Shown here: positions 1 through 8,952 of the stretch, in pieces
How positions within the stretch are numbered: the stretch's first letter is position 1
How the letters are laid out: each line of letters opens with the position of its first letter
Assembly: GCF_006345805.1 (NCBI RefSeq)
Contig: NW_021824396.1
Span: forward strand, 1 to 18,178
Direction: 5' to 3'
DNA from: Octopus sinensis
Taxonomy: Eukaryota
Length of the DNA stretch: 18,178 bases
The notes under the pieces: generated by a model
Seen by the model: the letters and a program-made list of their open reading frames with translations, nothing else
Told to the model about the DNA's origin: nothing
Database searches by the model: none
Position numbers and translations under genes: made by a program

Positions 1-1060
1 CACCACCACCACCACCATCACCGCCACCACCACTACCATCACCACCACCATCACCACACCACCACTACCATCACCACCACCACCACCATCACCACCACCA
101 CCACCACCATCACCACCACCACACCACCACCATCACCACCACCACCACCATCACACCACCACCACCTCTCCATCACCACCACCATCCACCACACCACCCT
201 ACCATCACCACCACCACCACCATCACCACCACCACCACTACCATCACCACCACCACCACCACCATCACCACACCACCATCGCCATCACCATCACCCAACC
301 ACCACCACCACCACCATCACCACCACCAACCACCATCACCACCACCACCATACCATCACCACCCCACCACTCACCACCACACCTCTACCATCACCACCAC
401 CACTACCATCACCACCACCACCACCATCACCACCACCACCACTACCATCACCACCACCACCACCACCACTACCATCACCGCCACCACCACCACCACCACC
501 ATCACCACCACCACCACCACCATCCCGCACACCACCACCAACCACCACCATCACCACCACCACCACCACCATCACCACCACACCACCACCACCACCCCAC
601 CGCCACCACCACTCCCATCACCACCACCATCACCACCACCACCACTACCATCACCACCACCACCACCACCATCACCACCTCCACCACCACCATCACCACC
701 ACCACCACCACCATCACCACCACCACCACTACCATCACCACCACCATCACCACCACCACCACTACCATCACCACCACCATCAACATCACTATCACTACCA
801 ACAACAACAACGCTGCTATCACCATCACCACTACTAACACCACCACCACCACCACTACCATCACCGCCACCACCAGCGCCAGCACTACCATCACCACCAC
901 CACCACCACCACCATCACCACCGTCACCACTACCACCACCATACATCCACCATCGCCATCACCACCACCACCACCCTCCACACCATTGCCACCACCACTG
1001 CCATTATCACCACCACCCACCACCACCACCCACCACCACGCCTCCACCATTGACCACCAC
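1..1060. repeat. Degenerate (CAC)n/(CACCAT)n trinucleotide array, open at the window start
   Basis: About 1.05 kb of CAC with interspersed CAT/CAA/CAC variants; explains the Gly/Val-rich minus-strand ORFs. Confidence 0.97.
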
Positions 1061-1262
1061 GCTAATCTTTCTTGACATGGTCATAGATCTGGTCGCACCT
1101 CCCCTATGTCCATCTCCCTCCGTCCATCTCAGCCGTCGACACACGGCTATGGTCAAGTCAAGCTCGCCAAACGCCACGGCCAGGGACTTTAAGGCAATGT
1201 TGCATGTTCACGTTCGTTCTTTACATTACAAACCTCAAACACAAACAGATATCAATAACTAT

Positions 1263-1426
1263 GGCGTAGGAGTGGCTGTGTGGTAAGTAGCTTGCTAACC
1301 AACCACATAGTTCTGGGTTCAGTCCCACTGCGTGGCATCTTGGGCAGGTGTCTTCTGCTATAGCCCCGGGCCGACTAATGCCTTGTGAATGGATTTGGTA
1401 GACGGAAACTGAAAGAAGCCTGTCCG
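1263..1426 (+). mobile_element. tRNA-derived SINE, copy 1 (head and body only)
   Basis: A-box-like TGGCTGTGTGG, B-box-like GGTTCAGTCCC, body ending GAAAGAAGCCTGTCCGTATA; near-identical to the copy at 1451. Confidence 0.88.
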
Positions 1427-1450
1427 TATATATGTATATATATATATATA

Positions 1451-1785
1451 GGCGTAGGAGTGGCTGTGTGGTAAGTAGCTTGCTAACCACCACATAGTTC
1501 CGGGTTCAGTCCCACTGCGTGCATATCTTGGGCAGGTGTCTTCTGCTATAGCCCTGGGCCGACCAATGCCTTGTGAATGGATTTGGTAGACGGAAACTGA
1601 AAGAAGCCTGTCGTATATTATATATATATATATATATAATATATATGTGTGTGTATGTGTGTTGTGTGTCTGTGTTTGTCCCCCTAACATTGCTTGACAA
1701 CCGATGCTGGTGTGTTTACGTCCCTGTCACTTAGCGGTTCGGCAAAAGAGCCGATAGAATAAGTACTGGGCTTACAAAGAATAAG
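1451..1785 (+). mobile_element. tRNA-derived SINE, copy 2 (longer, with internal TA/TG microsatellite, 3'-truncated)
   Basis: Same head and body as 1263-1426 at offset 188, then (TA)n(TG)n and a further segment ending GGCTTACAAAGAATAAG. Confidence 0.88.
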
Positions 1786-1801
1786 CCTGTCGTATATATG
1801 C

Positions 1802-1866
1802 GACCCGTTGGACCTTGTTATGAACCCAGATTTGAAAGAAAAATTTAAATCCCTTTTCCCATCACT
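1802..1866 (+). pseudogene. Exon remnant encoding DPLDLVMNPDLKEKFKSLFPS (end of an ankyrin-repeat-like region); 5' part and acceptor not found
   Basis: PLDL resembles the ankyrin TPLxL motif and is followed by an amphipathic helix. Ends in a consensus donor CT|GTAAGT (1867-1872) in phase 2, matching the phase-2 acceptor of the RING exon (CT+A = Leu, giving ...LFPSL-CLFC...). An in-frame TAA lies upstream at 1760-1762 inside the SINE. Confidence 0.55.
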
Positions 1867-2393
1867 GTAAGTATTCCCTAGCAAAGCCAAAACAAATCGG
1901 TGAATTTTCTATTTTGTACATAATCATGTTTATATGCGTGTTTAGTTTTTATTCTACCAATACATTATACTTCACACTGGTGTCTTGAGTAAAGGCCACA
2001 CAACAATAGTAAGAAAACAAACTAAATAGAAAATGGAGTTGATAGGAGATGAAACAAAGAACATCTATTTGATTATATTCACATGACTGGTTCTGTTGAC
2101 AGATATACCTCACACACCACCACTCCGACCTTCGCCTACGTCTCTCATTGCCTGTCTTAAAGGAAACTGTGGTACTAAATAACGAAGGGAATGAACATGT
2201 TTTTGGCATTGTCGTTTCGAAGTCAGTGGAATTTGTCTGTCTGTGCCAATCAGTCACCACAAGTTACGAGAAAATGTTTGGAGATCAATGACTTCTTCAG
2301 ATATACCAAGAACAATTACATCATGTGTGGCAGACAGCATGGCTTACTCTATAAACCTGGATTCAGCTATAACTAGGGGCAGGTTTAAGAGCC

Positions 2394-3884
2394 GGGTGTG
2401 GAAGCAAGGGTTAGAATCAAAGAGCCTTAGAGTAAATGTAGCAAAGACCAAAGTTCTAGTAAGTAGGAAGGCGAACTCAGCACACACCCCCTCAGGCAGG
2501 TGGCCCTGCTCGATCTGTAGGAAAGGTGTAGGTAGAAACTCCATAAGATGCACCCAATGTAAGCTATGGACGCACAAGAGGTGCAGCAACATCAAAGGGA
2601 AATTAACAGATAAGATAGCCTTCATGTGCGGCAGATGCACAGGGACTATAGACACCACAGACACTCAGAAAACAGATTCCATCCACACTCCAGGAGAGAA
2701 ACTAGAAGTAGTTGATAGTTTCCGCACCTGGGTGACCAAGTTAGTAGTGGAGGTGGATGCACAGAGAGTATCACCACTAGAACACGAATAGCCTGGGCAA
2801 AGTTCAGAAAGCTCCTACCCCTACTGGCGACAAGGGTCTCTCCCTCAGAGCGAAAGTAGATTGTATGATGTATGTGTGCGAACTGCCATGCTTCACAGTA
2901 GTGAAACATGGGCTGTGACTGCAGAGGATATGCGTAGACTTGAAAGAAATGAAGCTAGCATGATCCGCTGGATGTGTAATGTCAGTGTGCACGCATGACA
3001 GATTGTAAGCACCCTGAGAGAAATGCTGGATATAAGAAGCATCAGATGTGGTGTGCAAGAGCGATGCTTGCAATGGTATGGTCATGTGCTGCGGATGGAT
3101 GAGGAGAGATGTGTGAAGAAGTGCCACTCCCGAACAGTTGAAGGTATCAGGGGGAGAGGTAGACCCAGGAAGACATGGGATGAGGTAGTCAAGCATGACC
3201 TCAGAGCGTTGGGCCTCACTGAGGCAATGGCGAAGGACCGAGATCTCTGGAGATATGCTGTGACTGCAAAGACCCGGGCTGCTTCCTGCATCAGTTCCAC
3301 ATAGCCCCTGCCCATTCAAAGTACCCCGGATCCCAGAATGTCCCGCTGTGCTTGAGGAGACCTGTTGAGTCAAGTACATGAATATGAACGTTGAAATAAA
3401 TATCAATGGAAATAGTAGTTGTGATGCCTGTGCCGGTGGCACATAAAAAGCATTATCCGAACGTGGCCGATGCCAGCGCCGCCCCGACTGGCTTCTGTGC
3501 CGGTGGCACATAAAAGGCACCATCCGAACGTGGCCAATGCCAGCGCTGCCCCGACTGGCTCCTGTGCTGGTGGCACATAAAAAGACCATCCGAACGTTGC
3601 CAGCGCCGCCTTGGCTGGCTTCCGTACCGCTGGCACGTTAAAAGCTCCAACCGATCGTGGCCGATGCCAGACTCCCCTGGCACCTGTGCAGGTGGCACGT
3701 AAAAAGCACCCACTACACTCGTGGAGTGGTTGGCGTTAGGAAGGGCATCCAGCCGTAGAAACTCTGCCAGATCAGACTAGAGCCTGGAGCAGCCTCCTGG
3801 CTTCCCAGACCCCGGTCGAACTGTCCAACCCGTGCTAGCGCGGAAAACGGACGTTAAACGATGATGATGATGATGATGATGATG
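2394..3884 (+). mobile_element. 5'-truncated, inactivated RTE-clade LINE (C-terminal RT region, 3' UTR tandem repeats, (GAT)n tail)
   Basis: Motifs WKQGLESKSLRVNVAKTKVL, LEVVDSFR(Y)LGD, LQWYGHVLRMDE and GRGRPRKTWDEVVKHDL are seen across three frames. Frameshifts near 2726 and 2856 and a premature TGA near 2996; tail (GAT)n at 3860-3884. Confidence 0.93.
3428..3706 (+). repeat. Tandem array of five 60-67 bp units in the RTE 3' UTR
   Basis: Units start at 3428, 3495, 3562, 3622 and 3684, each with a CTGTGCCGGTGGCACATAAAAAGCACC-like core. Confidence 0.9.
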
Positions 3885-4520
3885 TGCAATTCTGTAATCA
3901 TTTTTTGCTTTAATATCTGTTACACAAATATTCCAAAATTTTCCTGTGGAAGGGTTGTGTTTGTTTGACAACAATAGTTGGAAAGGACGCAGAGGTCAGG
4001 CACTGAAAGGACCAGTTTGTTAGTTGCACCATTTGCTATATTCCACACCATCATAAAACCATTGTCTACCTTTTATTGGACTGGGATCATCAGGATGTTA
4101 GTGGTCATTGAAGGCAGATAGAAGCATGACATTTACTGCAATCAACTCATCAATTTCCAGAAGAGTTCTCTGATTTTCTACATACATACGATTCTTAGGG
4201 CATTGTTCTGTTTTAGAATTGTGACCTGTTATGTTACATATTGTTCATCCATACAAGATGCCATGACAATTGTACCCTGTCTGTCCATCCATACAATTCA
4301 AAATCAAATGCCTAAATACTGATCACTTGTTAAACAGATCAAATTCAAAAAGTGTTTTTAATACACACAACACAAGTGTGTATATACAAATAGGCCTATA
4401 TTTGTTGAGAAGAATTGAGGTCTATGTTCGAAGTGAGATTTCTGGAATGTATGGAGTCATTGTTTCTGTGAACTGCATACTATAGACCAGTTTTTGTACG
4501 TATCAGAGTCAAGACATATT

Positions 4521-4524
<4 letters not shown>

Positions 4525-4583
<59 letters not shown>
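4525..4583. repeat. Perfect (TA)n microsatellite
   Basis: Uninterrupted TA run of about 59 bp. Confidence 0.98.
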
Positions 4584-4588
<5 letters not shown>

Positions 4589-4701
4589 ATTTAGGAATGG
4601 TCATTTTGCCAGTTTAGCCAATAAAAACACACGCACTATATATTTGGTGTTACTTTGCTTCAGTGATATTTTTTTTTACATTAATCGTAATCTTATTTCA
4701 G

Positions 4702-4741
4702 CCAGAGTTCTTTCGTCACACTCCTGTGACCGCATCAGTGG
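4702..4741 (-). ncRNA. Candidate minimal type I hammerhead-like ribozyme variant (better-preserved copy)
   Basis: Minus strand reads CCA CTGATGCG GTCAC-AGGAGT-GTGAC GAAAG-AA-CTC TGG: stem I CCA/TGG, stem II of 5 bp, GAAA, minimal stem III, CUC cleavage triplet. The core deviates from CUGANGA. Confidence 0.5.
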
Positions 4742-4811
4742 TCCTTTGTTTTCTTCTTACTTATTTGTGTCTCTCCTTACTAACCGTCAGACATTTTGTA
4801 TTTCTATTGTA

Positions 4812-5098
4812 TGCAGTAACAAGACAACGACATACGCAGGGGAAACGGCAAGAAGCATAGGAGAGCGGGTAAATGGGCATTGGAGACAACTCAAGGAAGG
4901 TAAAAGCTCATCGATTCTGTACCAACACGCCGAACAGGAACACGGGGGATCAATCAATAACATAGAAATTAAAATATTATCCACACATAGATCAGATGCA
5001 ACAATTAGACAAATACAGAAGCTACACACATAATAGAAAATAAACCTAGCCTGAATAGAAAACTAGAATGGAGCACTAACACACACCACAACATATGA
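4812..5098 (+). pseudogene. Penelope-type GIY-YIG endonuclease fragment with a 1-nt frameshift
   Basis: CSNKTTTYAGETARSIGERVNGH...SSILYQHAEQEHG...IKILSTHRSDATIRQI, then in the shifted frame from 5018 EATHIIENKPSLNRKLEWSTNTHHNI*. Matches the PLE pattern YxGETxR...RxxxH...RxIxEAxxI...LNxxxE. Confidence 0.88.
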
Positions 5099-5549
5099 CG
5101 ATAGAGGATCTGAAAACATAATAAATACACAGATAAATAAATAACTAATAGAAATAAATAACTATATATATATATATATATATATATGTAAATGTATTGT
5201 ATATGTATATATATTATATATATATATATATATTTTCGATTCAATTTATTATTATTATTACTAGTATTGTTGTTATACATACATACATCATACAAGAATG
5301 TAATGATAATAATGGGTGGATGTAACACATGAACAAAATAAGAATAAACAAAACAACAAAACCAAATACAAATCATGAACATATATAAACAGAAGATACA
5401 AATATTACAGGCATCCCCCCACTACACACACTAAATAAACATAACGCACATAGAGATATAAGCATGCGCAAATGAAGACATACAATAGAAATACAAATGA
5501 CTGACGGTTAGTAAGGAGAGACACAAATAAGAAAGAAGAAAACAAAGGA

Positions 5550-5588
5550 CCACTGATGCGGTCGCAGGAGTGTGCCAAAGAACTCTGG
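5550..5588 (+). ncRNA. Degenerate second copy of the hammerhead-like motif
   Basis: CCA CTGATGCG GTCGC-AGGAGT-GTGCC AAAG AA CTC TGG; stem II is mismatched and the G of GAAA is lost. Confidence 0.35.
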
Positions 5589-5685
5589 CGAATAAGATTA
5601 CGATTAATGTAAAAAATAAATATATGTATGTATATATATATGTGTATATATATATATTATATATTATGTATATATATATGTTGTA

Positions 5686-5718
<33 letters not shown>

Positions 5719-6027
5719 TTTTATTGAAATGGATAAATGAATTATCTTGTAAGGATTATTCAAATTTACCGATACCTGGGTAGCAAAATCACAACAGAAA
5801 AACACAGTTGAAGTTACGACCTTGGGGTGTCACAACCGTGCTTAGCGCGGATAATAGCGCTGCGCATTTGTTTTTGGATTTTTAAATCCTGGATTTTCCT
5901 GAAGGAATGCTGCAAATGGTCTTATTCAATCCGAATTTGGAAATTTGCGGCCTTTGAAACATGTTGTAAAAATAATAAAAGGAATTCTGTAGAATCATCG
6001 TTCAGCTCCATTTCTTCCTCTTCACTA

Positions 6028-6043
6028 ATATATATATATGTAT

Positions 6044-6089
<46 letters not shown>

Positions 6090-6192
6090 TACACATATAT
6101 ATATACATATATATATATATAATTATATATATATATTATATATATATATATACATACATATATATACAATATATATATATACATATATATAC

Positions 6193-6224
<32 letters not shown>

Positions 6225-6236
6225 ATGTGTGTGTGT
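6028..6236. repeat. Compound (TA)n/(TG)n microsatellite
   Basis: Imperfect TA tract followed by a TG tract; similar TA tracts at 5164-5232 and 5623-5720. Confidence 0.95.
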
Positions 6237-6536
6237 GGAGGTGCAATGGCCCAGTGGTTAGGGCAGCGGACTCGCGGTCGTTGGATCGCGATTCCCGACC
6301 GGGCGTTGTGAGTGTTTATTGAGCGAAAACACTTAAAGGTCCACGAGGCTCCGACAGGGGGTGGTGATCCCTGCTGTACTCTTTTGCAACAACTTTCTCT
6401 CCCTCTTTCTTCTGTTGGCTTGCTCGCTCAGCCAGCGGGGTGGCGTCATTTGAAGGCTAAAACAATGCGAAGCGCATTGTGACCAGCGATGTGTAGCAAC
6501 ATCTGATAGCCTGGTCGGTCACGTGATCATGTGATA
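6237..6536 (+). mobile_element. tRNA-derived SINE, second family
   Basis: A-box TGGCCCAGTGGTTAG, partly deleted B-box region (GGATCGCGATTCCC), 3' end CACGTGATCATGTGATA before a TA tract. Confidence 0.8.
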
Positions 6537-6560
6537 TATATATATATGTGTGTGTGTGTG

Positions 6561-6895
6561 TATAGTGGTTGGAGCATTGGGCTCCCAATCAGAAGGTAGT
6601 GAGTTCGATTCCTGGACCGGGCTGTGTGTTGTGTTCTTGGGCAAGACACTTTATTTCATGTTGCTCCAGTTCACTCAGCTCCGGAAATGAGTTGCATTGT
6701 CACTGGTGCCGAGCTGTGTCAGCCCCTTTTGCCATTTTCCCTGGATGACATCAGTGGAGAGGGGGAGGCTGGTATGCATGGGCGACTACTGGTCTTTCAT
6801 AAACAACCATGCGTGGACTTTCTAGGTTCAGGGAACTTTCTAGGTTCAGCTCCATGGTCATTGATGACTAAGGGGCCGTGTCTTTACCCTTTACC
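6561..6895 (+). mobile_element. tRNA-derived SINE, third family
   Basis: B-box GAGTTCGATTCC; body GGGCAAGACACTTTATTTCA...GCTCCAGTTCACTCAG; homologous over its length to 15989-16313; internal 15-bp duplication at 6817-6831/6835-6849. Confidence 0.85.
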
Positions 6896-7044
6896 CCTTC
6901 CCTCCCTATGTTCTCTGTGGCACTTATACATACATACATATATATATACATATATTTTTTTTTCTTCTGATTAAATATGGTTCAAATATTTTATTTGAAG
7001 AATTAAAAATTGTCAGTTTTGTAGAGAAAGCTTTAGAAAAACCT

Positions 7045-7135
7045 TGCAGCCTTCCAGTGTGCCAGCCCAGTCAAACCGTCCAACCCATACCAGCATAGAT
7101 AACGGATGTTAAGGGATGAGATAATGATTATGAAT
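7045..7135 (+). mobile_element. Solo 3' tail fragment of the same RTE family
   Basis: GTCAAACCGTCCAACCCATACCAGCATAGATAACGGATGTTAA followed by decayed GAT repeats aligns with 3815-3884 and 15635-15697. Confidence 0.75.
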
Positions 7136-7169
7136 GTTATTGACGAGATGTTTGTATCTTGTTCCACAG

Positions 7170-7310
7170 ATGTCTGTTTTGTGAAGAGAAAGTGTCCACA
7201 CTGAAATGCCAATCTTGTGGACAGATGGTGATCTGTGAGGAATGTGGTACCGAACCTAACTCTACATGTCTTGAATGTCAGCAACCCACAACTAGAAAGT
7301 GGTGTGGTTG
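7170..7310 (+). CDS. Internal exon encoding a RING-like zinc finger (mind bomb-type spacing, 8 Cys)
   Basis: Acceptor TTGTTCCACAG|A and donor TG|GTAAGA; 141 bp open in phase 2/2: CLFCEEKVSTLKCQSCGQMVICEECGTEPNSTCLECQQPTTRKWCG. Confidence 0.85.
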
Positions 7311-8771
7311 GTAAGACTATATTTCATCCTGTTTGTCTCATTGGCCCAGGTCTGTCGTAATCTGGCAGATTTATGAATAAAAACTGTTCCATTTGTCTTT
7401 GTGATGGTGTATCTATCACAACATCCACTAAACATTGTCTTCATCCAGTTACAAGACTCGTCACACTTTAAGAGGGTATTGTCTGCAAAATATGACTAAT
7501 GAATGATACTGAAAGATAAATGGTGACTAACTGAAATATCAATAAATCTCTCTGGTTCTGTTTGTGGTCAATTATGAGTGACTAATGATTTATTAGTATT
7601 TTGTGAATCTGGTCATTAGAGACAATGGTACTTATAAGAATGTCAGTCATCTTTGGAGATTCAATGACAAAATCTCAACTGATTTTTATGGAACGACATT
7701 GCAGAGTTTCACCGTTGAATTATTTGTTCTAGTTGTTATTTGGTGAAAGGTGGTTTAGTAGAAAGTGTTTTAGCAAAGTATTATTGAATGAAAATAAACT
7801 AGTGTTAAGTTCTTTTGGCAGAAATTTGCGAGTAAAGCAAACTTAATTTGAAAGGAATCATTTCATTGGTTGAAAAGTATATAGCTGAAGCCATCTTGGT
7901 TTTTGACTGAAAATTATTCCAAAAGTTTGTTTCTGGACACTTCTAGAAATCTTCAATGAAAGTTATAAAAACCACAATTTTTCTCTGTTTTTTAGTGACA
8001 TTTACGCTGTCCTCACAAAGCAATCTCACTCACAACCTTGCATGTCTCGGAGTGTTGAAATGTCTCTCACACTAACGTAATAGACATGGCATATTTCTCT
8101 TTTATGACTTGAAGTCATTTATCTTAACTTTTTCTTTAGAATACCTTGATGAATTAGGGATTCTAATTCTTGTCCTCTCTTCACGATAAATTATCTGTAG
8201 CGAAAAAAGACAACTTGAAAATGTTTTTCATTACATTGCTTTGGTTTAATCTCCAAGAGAACAGTTTGAGATTACTCCTGGTATTATATTTTGCAATTGT
8301 AATTATTTGTCTCTATAAAATTATTAATCAAAATAATGCAGCTTTGATCTTTTTCCTTTGATAATGGCCGTTCTATTAACTCCTTCCAGTTGCAAGAGAA
8401 AGCCACGGAAGAAAAATATTTATACGTCACATACAACATATCTATTCAACATATTCAGTTTGTTTTCAATTAAAACCTTGCCGAGATGTTGCACCAAGAC
8501 CCATTATTAACTGATCTTGATAGTTGAACTGTTGACCCCCTTAGAAACCATTTATCTAGTTCAGTTAAAGTGGCATCAATAGTTCCAGTATGTTTTTGCA
8601 AAGTTGTCCTCCAGAAATTCTCCATAATTTGTCATCTTATGAAGAACTCCAATAATTACAATACTCTGATGTTTGATATGTGATGTTGTCCCTTATTAAG
8701 GTGTGAACCCAGAATGTCTTGGGTTAGACTACGTTTTGTGGTAGTAGAGAAAATAATTTCTCTAACAATAC

Positions 8772-8952
8772 TGTAGCAACATCTGATAGCCTGGTCGGTC
8801 ATGTGATCACGTGATATATATATATGTGTGTGTGTGTGTATAGTGGTTGGAGCATTGGGCTCACAATCAGGAGGTAGTGAGTTCGATTCCTGGACCGGGC
8901 TGTGTGTTGTGTTCTTGGGCAAGACACTTTATTTCACGCTCCAGTTCACTCA
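8772..8952 (+). mobile_element. Duplicated composite: tail of SINE family 2, microsatellite, head of SINE family 3
   Basis: Near-identical to 6492-6677 (offset about 2280), including the junction microsatellite. Confidence 0.9.

Larger units (their letters stand above)
4584..5623 (+). mobile_element. 5'-truncated Penelope-like element with inverted pseudo-LTR arrangement
   Basis: GIY-YIG C-terminal remnant at 4812-5098; inverted repeat arms 4667-4813 and 5479-5623; both ends abut (TA)n tracts. Confidence 0.85.

Noticed and set aside
336-1050. Gly/Val/Met-rich minus-strand ORFs (81, 182 and 124 aa)
   Set aside because: Translations of the CAC/CAT microsatellite; no splice or domain evidence.
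2103-2378. Acceptor-like TTCTGTTGACAG followed by short open frames
   Set aside because: No recognisable domain, no matching donor, and not needed for the phase-compatible 1866/7170 junction.
3428-3706. CRISPR-like appearance of the 60-67 bp units (also 15166-15530)
   Set aside because: Whole units are homologous with no unique spacers; no cas genes; they lie in LINE 3' UTRs in a eukaryotic context.
2344-3713. Minus-strand ORFs, including the 261-aa ORF at 2804-3589
   Set aside because: Antisense shadows of the RTE coding region and its GC-rich repeat array.
4494-4811. N-terminal part of the 179-aa ORF and other YIYI-rich ORFs (5005-6261, 12558-12743)
   Set aside because: Read-through of (TA)n tracts and of the inverted pLTR; only 4812 onward has protein motifs.
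6237-6310. tRNA gene calls for the SINE heads
   Set aside because: A/B boxes are present but there is no complete cloverleaf, and each continues into a repeated SINE body.
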